Source: Verrucomicrobiia bacterium
Lineage (GTDB): Bacteria > Verrucomicrobiota > Verrucomicrobiia > Limisphaerales > UBA11358
Direction of reading: 5' to 3'
Assembly: GCA_035577265.1 (NCBI GenBank)
Contig: DATLVR010000126.1
Coordinates: 4,367 to 68,366, forward strand
DNA length: 64,000 nucleotides
Made by a program: the position numbers and the translations under genes. Positions 11,269 through 20,964 of the stretch are shown one piece after another. Within the stretch, counting starts at the first letter, position 1; each line of letters starts with the position of its first letter. The notes beneath the pieces are model-generated. The model had not been told where the DNA came from and did no database searches. It was given only the letters and a program-made list of their open reading frames with translations.

Positions 11269-12462
11269 ATGCGTTTCGGTTCACTGACCTTAAACTCAAA
11301 TCTTTTCCTCTCGCCGCTGGCGGGTTACACCAACCTGCCCTTCCGCCTCGTGGTGCGCGAGGTCGGCGGCGTGGGGCTATGCACCACGGATCTGGTCAAC
11401 GCCCGCTCGCTCCTGGAAAGAAACCCCAAGGCGCTCAAGCTGATTGAAACTGCCCCCGCCGATTCGCCGCTCGCCGTCCAGCTGTTCGGTTCCGTGCCGG
11501 AGGAAATGCGCGACGCGGCCGTGATCCTCGAAAATCTCGGCGTCCATTCCATTGACATCAACATGGGCTGCCCCGTGAAGAAAGTCTGCAAGGTCGGCGG
11601 CGGCTCCGCGATGATGACCGAACTGGACAAGACCGCCGTGCTCGTCAAGGGCATGGTCAACGCCGTGAAAATTCCCGTCACCGCCAAGATGCGCCTCGGT
11701 TGGGATGACGACAATCTCACCGCCCCCGATCTGGCACGCACCCTGGAGGATGTCGGCGTCGCGGCCATTTTTGTGCATGGCCGCACGCGTGAGCAGGGAT
11801 TCGAGGGCACGGTGAATCTGGCCGGCATCCGTAAAGTTGTCGAAGCGGTGAAATCCATTCCGGTGATCGGCAATGGCGACATCATCACGCCGCAGGCGGC
11901 GAAGAAGATGTTCGACGAAACCGGCTGCGCGGGCGTGAGCATCGGGCGCGGCGCCTTTTATGACCCGTGGATTTTCAAACGCACGCTGGCATATTTGGCG
12001 GCTCATTCTGAATCCCCAGACCCAAGGCGCCAGACTCCAAACCCAAATTATTTAGAGCCTCCTCACGTCGGCTCCTACGGGAATAATGAAGCGCTTCCGC
12101 CTGAGCCCAGTTTCGCCGAACGCGTCCGCATCATGTGCCGGCATCTGGATCTGATGCTGGAAGTTTTTGGAGAAGACCTTGGCTGCCGGATGTTCCGCAA
12201 GGTGGCGCCGTGGTATGCCAAGCGTTTTGGCCCGTGCCACGAGTTCAACAAAAAGGTCGTGCAAGTTTCCACCAAGGCGGAATTCCATGCCGTGCTGGAG
12301 AATTACATCCGCTGGCGTCAGCAATTCGTGGATGAACACGGTGAACTGCTGCCGCGCTTTCGCCAGCCGCCGATGATCGCGTCCTTCATGCGCGAAGCCG
12401 AACCCGCCTCAACCCGGCGCGAACATATTCCCGTGCCGAAAGGGCCGGTGGAGGTGTGGTGA
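11269..12462 (+). CDS. dus: tRNA-dihydrouridine synthase
   Basis: ATG 11269 gives the canonical N-terminus MRFGSLTLNSNLFLSPLAGYTNLPFR; the track ORF opens at TTG 11203. It has the DINMGCPVKKV catalytic-Cys motif and an extra segment of about 30 aa before the C-terminal helical domain. Confidence 0.85.
   Translation: MRFGSLTLNSNLFLSPLAGYTNLPFRLVVREVGGVGLCTTDLVNARSLLERNPKALKLIETAPADSPLAVQLFGSVPEEMRDAAVILENLGVHSIDINMGCPVKKVCKVGGGSAMMTELDKTAVLVKGMVNAVKIPVTAKMRLGWDDDNLTAPDLARTLEDVGVAAIFVHGRTREQGFEGTVNLAGIRKVVEAVKSIPVIGNGDIITPQAAKKMFDETGCAGVSIGRGAFYDPWIFKRTLAYLAAHSESPDPRRQTPNPNYLEPPHVGSYGNNEALPPEPSFAERVRIMCRHLDLMLEVFGEDLGCRMFRKVAPWYAKRFGPCHEFNKKVVQVSTKAEFHAVLENYIRWRQQFVDEHGELLPRFRQPPMIASFMREAEPASTRREHIPVPKGPVEVW
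12055..12079. repeat. Half-copy of a palindromic repeat arm, translated in-frame in dus
   Basis: GAGCCTCCTCACGTCGGCTCCTACG is 23/25 identical to the right arm at 37538-37562. It is read as EPPHVGSYG. Confidence 0.75.
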
Positions 12463-12505
12463 AACGCGTGTTGAAGCCTCATATGAACCTTGGTAGTTTG
12501 ATCGG

Positions 12506-12748
12506 GTGAGTCCGACGATTTTTCGGCATCGCAATTATCGCTTTTATCCTGGAAACAGCAGTTGAAACCACGAAACACACAAAAGAGACAAGGCATTGCC
12601 GAACCTCGCAATTTTCTGGCTGGAGCCGGAAGTTGAACTGGCGGCCAACCAAGGTCTCACCTCGACCGAATTGAACGAGTTGAGAAAAATTGTAGAGGCA
12701 CGGCAAAATGAAATCCGCGAACATTGGCACAGACATTTCCAAAGTTGA
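12506..12748 (+). pseudogene. DUF4160-like gene with an in-frame TGA
   Basis: GTG 12506 to TGA 12746-48 reads (M)SPTIFRHRNYRFYPGNSS*NHETHKRD...AIFWLEPEVELAANQGLTSTELNELRKIVEARQNEIREHWHRHFQS. Both ends are DUF4160-like, the core is poorly conserved, and there is a stop at 12563-65. Confidence 0.5.
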
Positions 12749-12986
12749 AGTCCTGAATATTTCGCCGCATGGCTTCTGGCTGCTCGTCGGCGAGCGGGAG
12801 TATTTCCTGGCGTTCACCCATTTCCCGTGGTTTCGCAACGCGACGCTCCAGCAACTCTTCGCCGTCGAGCTGTCGCATGACAGCCATCTTTACTGGCCGG
12901 AACTTGACGTGGATTTGGACTTGGAACGGATTGAACACCCGGAGAAATTTCCGCTGGTCGCTAACGGCGGAGAGTCAAGATTATGA
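12708..12986 (+). CDS. DUF2442 family protein
   Basis: 92-aa ORF (ISPHGFWLLVGEREYFLAFTHFPWF). It overlaps the DUF4160-like ORF by 41 nt, as in typical DUF4160/DUF2442 pairs. Confidence 0.7.
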   Translation: MKSANIGTDISKVEVLNISPHGFWLLVGEREYFLAFTHFPWFRNATLQQLFAVELSHDSHLYWPELDVDLDLERIEHPEKFPLVANGGESRL

Positions 12987-13039
12987 AGCGGGACAGACCG
13001 CAAAATGCGCCTTCTGCTCACTGTTAGGCGGCGTTCGCC

Positions 13040-13630
13040 ATGCACCCTGCGTTCACCACGATTCAGTTCGGCCCGTTCGCGAGCAGCTACCATCGCGAGG
13101 CCGTCACTGATGCCTTAAAGGGGACATTCTCTGCGTTTCTTGAGGCCAAGTTGCTGCCACAGGTCGAGCAGCCATACGAGTCCACGAGTGGCCGTTTCGT
13201 TGCCGCCTACGACGACCAAAAGTATTGTGGCCCGCGCAGTGCAGTCCGCGACATCTACAGGTTTGAGTTTGTGTTTCACCGCGCTTCCGGCGACGACACC
13301 ATCAAAGTCGAGTTGGTTTTCGACCCGGGGACACAGAAGTTTGCAACACGGCATCGCCGCCCGTTTTACCTCTGGACAGCGTCACGACGGCAGCGTTACC
13401 AGCAGGAGAGGCAGCAGATTCAGGAGCTTTGCAGACGCATCGCCGACCACGAGCAGGTTGCAGCCGTCTGCCCACTTTGCTCAGCACGGCTGCGCGTCAT
13501 TGATTCGCCCGGCTTGTTCGATGTCAGTTGTCCTGAGCGTTGCTTCAACTACAATTACCACCGTGACCCGACCACCGGGGCATTTTTACATGGGCACTTT
13601 TTTCAGAGAGAGACAGTCCACGCCGCCTAA
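13040..13630 (+). CDS. Hypothetical protein with a C-terminal zinc-ribbon-like motif
   Basis: 196-aa ORF with no recognisable family. It carries CPLC-x16-CPERC near the C-terminus. Confidence 0.5.
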   Translation: MHPAFTTIQFGPFASSYHREAVTDALKGTFSAFLEAKLLPQVEQPYESTSGRFVAAYDDQKYCGPRSAVRDIYRFEFVFHRASGDDTIKVELVFDPGTQKFATRHRRPFYLWTASRRQRYQQERQQIQELCRRIADHEQVAAVCPLCSARLRVIDSPGLFDVSCPERCFNYNYHRDPTTGAFLHGHFFQRETVHAA

Positions 13631-13687
13631 GCACAGGATAGGCTGCAATATTAAGGCCTGCTTCCGACTTCACACCTCAGAAAAAAA

Positions 13688-14863
13688 TCACGCCTTGATC
13701 ACCGTCGCGCCCGCCGCCGGGCGCGAGACGAAAATCGTGGCTTCAATCCTGGTTTTCTTTTTGTAGTCAGCGGCGATCTGTGCGGAGATGGTTTCGACGA
13801 GTTCGGTTTTCACCAACGCCACGGCACAGCCGCCAAAACCGCCGCCGGTCATGCGACAGCCGTAAATGCCGCCTTTGAGCCCGATGGACTGCGCGATCTC
13901 CACCACAACGTCCAGTTCCTTGCAGCTCACTTCATAATCATCGCGCAGGGATACGTGGCTCGCATACATGTGCTGCCCCACATCCGGCCACTTCGAGGCG
14001 CGGACGCCTTCCGCCGCCTTCACGGTTCGCTCGATCTCGCCAATGACATGACGGGCCCGGCGATAAACGGTTTCGTCCATCCGGCCTTTGGCGGCTTCCA
14101 ACATCTCCACCGTGGCGGTGCGCAAGGAAGGGACGCCGAGATCCTTGGCGGCGATTTCGCATTGGATGCGGCGCTGGGCGTAGCCGCCACCGGTGAGTTC
14201 GTGCCGGACGTTGGTGTTGATGATCAACAACGAGACGGCGGCATCGCTCATCGGCACGAGTTCGGTTTTGCGCGAGCGGCAATCGAGCAGCAGCAGATGG
14301 TTCGCCCGGCCCATCACCGAGATGAACTGGTCCATGATGCCACACGGCACGCCGGCAAATTCATTCTCGGCCTTCTGGCACAGCAAGGCCTTCTCGACCG
14401 GATCCATTTTCTTGCCGGTAACAGTCTCGATCAATGTCGCGGTGGAAACTTCCAACGCCGCGCTGCTGGAAAGCCCGCCGCCCATCGGCACGGTGGAATG
14501 CAGCAGGATGTCGAGGCCGCCGGGATTCATGCCGCGCTCCAGAAAGCCGGCAATGACGCCCCGGGGATAATTTCCCCATTTCGGCTCACCGGTCTGGATG
14601 GGCAAGGATAGATCCACCAGCACCGGATCCACACCGGTGGTGTCGCGGATCTGAAAAACAGTTTTACCATCGCTCGACCGGTCGGCAGCCATGACGGCGT
14701 AATGTTCGATGGCCATCGGGAGGACAAAGCCGTCGTTGTAATCGGTGTGTTCGCCGATGACGTTGACGCGGCCGGGCGCGGCGACGATCCAGCGCGGCGG
14801 ACGGCCATAGGCTTTAACGAACGCCTGGGCGGTTTCAGCGGCAAGTTTTTGCAGACTGGTCAT
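13688..14863 (-). CDS. galK: Galactokinase
   Basis: 391-aa ORF with the GEHTDYNDGFVLPMAI signature and the GHMP motif GGGLSSSAALEV. Confidence 0.93.
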   Translation of the reverse strand: MTSLQKLAAETAQAFVKAYGRPPRWIVAAPGRVNVIGEHTDYNDGFVLPMAIEHYAVMAADRSSDGKTVFQIRDTTGVDPVLVDLSLPIQTGEPKWGNYPRGVIAGFLERGMNPGGLDILLHSTVPMGGGLSSSAALEVSTATLIETVTGKKMDPVEKALLCQKAENEFAGVPCGIMDQFISVMGRANHLLLLDCRSRKTELVPMSDAAVSLLIINTNVRHELTGGGYAQRRIQCEIAAKDLGVPSLRTATVEMLEAAKGRMDETVYRRARHVIGEIERTVKAAEGVRASKWPDVGQHMYASHVSLRDDYEVSCKELDVVVEIAQSIGLKGGIYGCRMTGGGFGGCAVALVKTELVETISAQIAADYKKKTRIEATIFVSRPAAGATVIKA

Positions 14864-14950
14864 AGTTGTGATTCAACGAAGATTGAGGATGGAGGCTTGA
14901 AGATGGAAAAAAACAGAGGCGCAATGCCATCCGCCATCCTCGCTTTGACG

Positions 14951-15157
14951 TCAGGCGGACGGCGGATTTTTCCCGCCGCGCACCGCGCCCGCCAGCATGA
15001 ACACACCGAACACCAGCAGCACGATGCCCCAGATCAGGTTGATGTTGACGCCGAGTGAAATGGCGTGGTCGGATTTCACCAGCGCGCCGTTGATGGCCAG
15101 CAGCGCGCCGATGAGAGTGAACATGAGGCCAATCGGCCAGCGAATATCGAGTCCCAT
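14951..15157 (-). CDS. Small two-TM membrane protein
   Basis: 68-aa hydrophobic ORF, on the same strand between the symporter and galK. Confidence 0.5.
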   Translation of the reverse strand: MGLDIRWPIGLMFTLIGALLAINGALVKSDHAISLGVNINLIWGIVLLVFGVFMLAGAVRGGKNPPSA

Positions 15158-15186
15158 AAATTTAGTTTCCTTTGAGTTGGTTCAGT

Positions 15187-17163
15187 TCACCAGAAAATAA
15201 TATTCAGAATGACGCAGACGATCAACAGCGCGATGCCAACGACGGCGGGACGCTGATAAACCGGCATGTTATTATCCACGATTTTTGGCGTGAGCGAATA
15301 CACCAGCCCCTTCAGGTCGGCGTCGGTCTTCTGCGATTTGGTGGCGAGCGAAATCACCAGCGTAAAGACAAAGCAGACGGTGAACGCAAAGGCGGCGAGC
15401 CAGAAGTTCTGCGCCATTTCACTGGGGAAGGTGCTAAGGACTTTGATATATCCGCCTTTGACGCCGGGAACATTGCCCTGCGCGATGGTCAGGGCGTGGA
15501 ACAATGCCGAGCTGCCAATGCCGCAGAACAGACCGATGAAGGCGCCCGTGCCCGTGGCGCGTTTCCAGAACATGCCGAGCAGGAACGTCGCGAAGAGCGG
15601 CGCATTCACGAAACCGAACACGAGCTGGATGATATCCATCGCATTGTTGTATTGCTTGGCAAAATAGGCGCAAGCGATGCTCAATACGATGCCAAGAACA
15701 GTGATGACCTTGCCGGTCAGAAAATAGTGCCGGTCGCTTTTGCCGGGTGCAAAATAGGCCTGATACAGATCGTAGGTAAAGACCGTGTTGAATGCCGTCA
15801 CGTTGCCCGCCATGCCGGACATAAACGAGGCGAGCAAAGCCGTAAGCGCCAGGCCGAGGAGTCCGGCGGGGCAGTATTTTTTGACGAGGGAAAGGATCAC
15901 ACTGTCGTAATCGTTTTCAGCGATGCTGTTGTAAAGACCCTGCTTGATCTCGGTGTCGGACAATTTGCCGCCGGCTTCCGCCGCAATCAACGATTCGATT
16001 CGTTTGTCATCGATTTTCTTGCCGAGCGCGGTGCCGACCGCAGTGACCGCCGCCGCCGGGTCGGCGGGATTGGCGGCTTTCACCGCCACAATTGCCTGGT
16101 CGTAATTTGCCTGCGCCACGATGGGCGGCGGGATGCGATAATTTTTATCCGGCATGGACATGAGCGCGGCGGCGATCATGCCCGGCACGATGACCAGGAA
16201 AGGGAAGAACATCTTCGGCACCGCCGCCACCAACGGAGTATTGCGGGCGGCCATCATGTTCTTCGCCGCCATCGCGCGCTGAACGACGAGGAAGTTCGTG
16301 CACCAGTAGCCGAAGCTCAATACGAACCCGAGTCCGAAGAGCATCGCGAACCAATCCACACCCATCGGGTTGTGTGCCGGGCCGGCTAGCACTGGTGTCC
16401 AAGCGCTCGTCCAAGCGTTGCTCGCGTAGGAAATGCCAGGCTCTTTCAGAAACTCTGCGGATGGATTCACGGCGACCGCCTGCAAGGAATGATTCATCGC
16501 GCCCCAGCCGCCCACGTCTTTCAAACCGAGCCAAACGACGGGAGCGAAACCGAGCACAATCATGAAGAATTGCAACACTTCCGTGTAAATCGCCGAGGTC
16601 AGTCCCCCTTTCAAAACGTAAATCAGCACCACGCCGGAACAGATCCACAAATAACTGTCGTAGCTGCCCAGATGAATCGGACCAAAGTTCAGGTTGAATT
16701 GCCATGGCAGCAAATTAGTCAGCAATTTTGCCAACGCATTGATGGAAATGCCGGACGCAAAAACCGTCATCACCGCGAAAGCGACCGAGTTCAACGCGCG
16801 GACGCGTTCATCAAAGCGCATCTTCAAATATTCCGGCACGGAACGCGCCTTGGAGCCGTAATAGAACGGCATCATGAACACCGCCAGAAAGATCATCGCC
16901 GGAATCGCGCCGACCCAGTAGAAATGCGCGGTGGAGATGCCATATTTGGCGCCGCTGGCCGCCATGCCGACCAGCTCCAGCGCGCCCAGATTGGCGGAAA
17001 TGAAGGCCAGACCGGTGACCCAGGTCGGAATCGAGCGGGCGGACGTCAGAAAGTCCGCCGAGGTTTTCATGTAGCGCGAGAGCATCCAGCCGATGCCGAT
17101 GACGAAAGCGACATAAGCCAGCAAAATGGTGTAATCTATCCAGGCGAGATGAATTGGTTGCAT
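15187..17163 (-). CDS. Sodium:solute symporter (SGLT-type sugar transporter)
   Basis: 658-aa multi-TM ORF with an SSS-family pattern. It lies upstream of galK on the same strand. Confidence 0.88.
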   Translation of the reverse strand: MQPIHLAWIDYTILLAYVAFVIGIGWMLSRYMKTSADFLTSARSIPTWVTGLAFISANLGALELVGMAASGAKYGISTAHFYWVGAIPAMIFLAVFMMPFYYGSKARSVPEYLKMRFDERVRALNSVAFAVMTVFASGISINALAKLLTNLLPWQFNLNFGPIHLGSYDSYLWICSGVVLIYVLKGGLTSAIYTEVLQFFMIVLGFAPVVWLGLKDVGGWGAMNHSLQAVAVNPSAEFLKEPGISYASNAWTSAWTPVLAGPAHNPMGVDWFAMLFGLGFVLSFGYWCTNFLVVQRAMAAKNMMAARNTPLVAAVPKMFFPFLVIVPGMIAAALMSMPDKNYRIPPPIVAQANYDQAIVAVKAANPADPAAAVTAVGTALGKKIDDKRIESLIAAEAGGKLSDTEIKQGLYNSIAENDYDSVILSLVKKYCPAGLLGLALTALLASFMSGMAGNVTAFNTVFTYDLYQAYFAPGKSDRHYFLTGKVITVLGIVLSIACAYFAKQYNNAMDIIQLVFGFVNAPLFATFLLGMFWKRATGTGAFIGLFCGIGSSALFHALTIAQGNVPGVKGGYIKVLSTFPSEMAQNFWLAAFAFTVCFVFTLVISLATKSQKTDADLKGLVYSLTPKIVDNNMPVYQRPAVVGIALLIVCVILNIIFW

Positions 17164-17258
17164 AGGATGCGCGTTGATTTAACGATTCAGGTGGCGGGTG
17201 TCAATCCAATTGCATTCAGCGGGAGATTGTGTTTTATTGTCGGCGCAAATTATTTTTT

Positions 17259-17654
17259 ATGACACCAAAAATCCAGGAAAAGACACAGGAACTTTGCCAG
17301 ACCATCATCGCGCAGCCGGAAATGATCGCGATCCGCAAGCGCATCGACACGTTCATGGCGGATGACAGCGCCCGCACCCAGTATGAATCGCTGATGAGCA
17401 AAGGCCAGGCGCTGCAGGAAAAACAGCACCACGGCCAGGCGCTGGAACCGGCGGAGATCTCCGCGTTTGAAAAAGACCGTGAGTCGTTGCTGGGCAATTC
17501 CGTGGCGCGGGGGTTCCTCGACGCGCAGGAAGAACTGCACGCGATGCAGCAATCCATCCAGAAACACATTTCCAAGACGATCGAACTGGGCCGCCTGCCG
17601 GTGGCCGCCGATCTGGAAGAAGGCTCCTGTGGCAGCGGCTGCGGCTGCCATTGA
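17259..17654 (+). CDS. YlbF/YmcA-like helical protein (tentative)
   Basis: ATG 17259 (the track ORF opens at 17229). The sequence is helical and Q/E-rich, and it ends in the Cys-rich tail GSCGSGCGCH. Confidence 0.55.
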   Translation: MTPKIQEKTQELCQTIIAQPEMIAIRKRIDTFMADDSARTQYESLMSKGQALQEKQHHGQALEPAEISAFEKDRESLLGNSVARGFLDAQEELHAMQQSIQKHISKTIELGRLPVAADLEEGSCGSGCGCH

Positions 17655-17686
17655 TAGATAGAAACTGCTCCGTCTTGAAAATTAAA

Positions 17687-17730
17687 GCGCCATGAAGCGC
17701 GCGCTTCGTGGCGTTTTTGTTTATTTTTTG
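17687..17730 (+). terminator. Rho-independent terminator
   Basis: GC-rich hairpin GCGCCATGAAGCGC/GCGCTTCGTGGCG (17687-17713) followed by TTTTTGTTTATTTTTTG. Confidence 0.8.
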
Positions 17731-17740
17731 CAAAAATTAT

Positions 17741-18607
<867 letters not shown>

Positions 18608-18679
18608 GTTTGTAATCTTAATTCAGATTTTATGTTTTTTGCAAAATATGCGGTGATGCCAGGCATGCCTGGCAAACAG

Positions 18680-20812
18680 TTACGGGCTGGTTATCCGGTA
18701 AAAGCCGGTGCTTCCCGTTGCGGTTGTGTCCGTATAAGAGCTCGTTGAAATGCCACCTTGCAAAGTGGTCCAATTGGCATCGGTCAGGCTGATTTTACGC
18801 AGGACGCTATACGAGTAACTCCCCGGGGGCGTCGGGGTCCACTGCAATGCGACGCTATTTCCGGTGCGGGAGATATTTGACAGACTGATGCTGACCGGAC
18901 TGACCGGCCCAGCCAGAACTTCAACTTTGAACTCGGGTATGTCAAAACTGTCGGCAGAAGTTTCAAGCGAATTGGGGCGGATGGCGAACGCATCAAACCG
19001 ATGATACGCCAAATTGGTTTCGGTGACGGCGAACATCCAATTGGTTCCGCCACCAGTGATGGAGTTCGAAATAATCACCGAGTTCATGCCGTTTCGCGTG
19101 ATGGAAAAGACAAGCGTATACGGAACACCGGCTTTAAAGGCGGGTGCATTGGAGTATCCGCCTCCCGATGGTCCGCTGCCCAGGGATAAGTAGTCGGAGG
19201 TTGTTCCCATCAGGTTTGCATCATTCAAGTTATTTCTTGCCAATAATGCCATCGGGGAATTTACGGTGAAGTTTGTGCCAAAATCTAAACTCAGCATGTA
19301 ACCGCGGACATTCATTCCATTTCCTGCGCTTCCACCTACGGTCGCATCATCAGCAATCACCCGGTTGCCGCCATCGGCGTAATCAAATAAACCAATCCGA
19401 AGACTCGCATTATTTGTATGGAAATTAAATGCGGCAGGAATGAATGGAAAGGTGGCTTTTATCGTGTTGCCAACTGCCAGATGAACAGGCAAATCATTGG
19501 TAGGCGTATAATAGGCGAGCCACAAGCTGGCACTTCCAGGGAGCGGAGTGGCGGTCATGGGCGCACCCGGACTGCCGCCATGATAAATATCCAACTTGGT
19601 CGAATCGGCTGTATACCAAGCGGCGTTGGTGGCAGTTATCGGCAGAATGGGTTCAAGAATCCCGGCGGTAAATAAATCATCCACCACCAAACCCGCAGGC
19701 GTGACGACAGGTGCCGTCAGCGTTACCGTTGCAACGGCGGACGTAGCCGTTGAATTATTACAAGCGACATAAACGATCGCCCGATATTGGTTGCCATTGT
19801 CGCCGGCCAGGGACAAATTTGGCGTGCTATATAATGAAGAAGTGGCTCCGCTGATATTTGTCCAAGTGCTGCTGCCCGAACCACTAATTTGCCATTGGTA
19901 GGTGGGAGACGTTCCTGATGCCACGACTGCAAAAGTATCAGATATTTCAGAGACATTAGTCTGGCTGGCTGGGCTGGTAATGATTCCGGCGCTCAGACAT
20001 TGCCCAGCCGGCGGAGCTGCCTCCGCCCAAGTTGAGGCAATGCGCAATTCATCAAGATTGGCATCAGCACCGGATACCACCACTAACCGGCCGGGGCCTG
20101 TAGAGCTTGTGACTTCTGTGCCATCAGTTGTCAAGGCTCCCACAGAAGTGCTGGCAGGCGGCAAGCTGCCTTCGTTTGCCCCAAAACTGCTCGGCGGCGG
20201 GTTGATCCATAAATCATAGATGTCATTTTGTGCGCCGGGAATCATATGCTGCCTTACCACGACAAAAAATGTTTGCCCGGCGCTGAGATTAGTCGTGGCA
20301 TAATTGGTGATGTTTCCCGCAGCCTTGGCGATGCCGATTTGAATCTGTCCAGCGATATTTCTTGCTTCTAAATCCCAATGCTGAGCAGTGCCAGTGCCGC
20401 TATTCGCCGTGTTCAGCCGCATAATCATTTGTCCAGTGGCGGAAACATCCGTTCCGACATTGAACCGGTAAAGGAACGAAAAGTAATTTGTAATTTCAAG
20501 CGTGGCGGGAAATTGAGTGTTGGTGGCAAATTGATTGCGTGCGTTCAAACTTACCGTTGGGCTGATTGAAATTTTGTCTCCGGCCGAGGCAATGAGGCCT
20601 AAACTTGTCCCATCCAAACTGCCGCTGCCATTGGTGACCGTAACATTCCCGGTCGTGTTTCCCCATCCTTCCGCCGAGCCGGTGGCGGAATCTGTGCCCA
20701 AATTTCCGGTTCCGGAAATAATGATTTGACTGGTGCGCCAGATCGTCGCAAGGGCGGATTGGCAGAAAGATATCGTGGATGCAACCACGATCATGGCGAG
20801 AATGCGTTTCAT
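18680..20812 (-). CDS. Large secreted Ig-like-domain protein (putative adhesin or binding protein)
   Basis: ATG 20812 gives the signal peptide MKRILAMIVVASTISFCQSALA; the track ORF runs on to 20965. It has an Ig-like segment (SPTYQWQ) and a C-terminal module of about 70 aa ending GFYRITSP. Confidence 0.75.
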   Translation of the reverse strand: MKRILAMIVVASTISFCQSALATIWRTSQIIISGTGNLGTDSATGSAEGWGNTTGNVTVTNGSGSLDGTSLGLIASAGDKISISPTVSLNARNQFATNTQFPATLEITNYFSFLYRFNVGTDVSATGQMIMRLNTANSGTGTAQHWDLEARNIAGQIQIGIAKAAGNITNYATTNLSAGQTFFVVVRQHMIPGAQNDIYDLWINPPPSSFGANEGSLPPASTSVGALTTDGTEVTSSTGPGRLVVVSGADANLDELRIASTWAEAAPPAGQCLSAGIITSPASQTNVSEISDTFAVVASGTSPTYQWQISGSGSSTWTNISGATSSLYSTPNLSLAGDNGNQYRAIVYVACNNSTATSAVATVTLTAPVVTPAGLVVDDLFTAGILEPILPITATNAAWYTADSTKLDIYHGGSPGAPMTATPLPGSASLWLAYYTPTNDLPVHLAVGNTIKATFPFIPAAFNFHTNNASLRIGLFDYADGGNRVIADDATVGGSAGNGMNVRGYMLSLDFGTNFTVNSPMALLARNNLNDANLMGTTSDYLSLGSGPSGGGYSNAPAFKAGVPYTLVFSITRNGMNSVIISNSITGGGTNWMFAVTETNLAYHRFDAFAIRPNSLETSADSFDIPEFKVEVLAGPVSPVSISLSNISRTGNSVALQWTPTPPGSYSYSVLRKISLTDANWTTLQGGISTSSYTDTTATGSTGFYRITSP

Positions 20813-20964
20813 AATTTTAAAAAATACTTCGGGTGACTTGATAATCATATCTCGGGTTTTCCATATGTGAAGTGCGCGAGACTGCAAAGTTAGTTGAAAT
20901 AAGTGCACTCGATCATGGAATGGCTTGAAAGAATGGACGCCATTATTTAGGCTGTAAAAAATCA

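Noticed and set aside
12563-12565. The in-frame TGA in the DUF4160-like ORF considered as selenocysteine or programmed read-through.
   Set aside because: The family is not known to use Sec, I saw no SECIS-like hairpin downstream, and the surrounding core motif is degraded. A pseudogene is the simpler reading.
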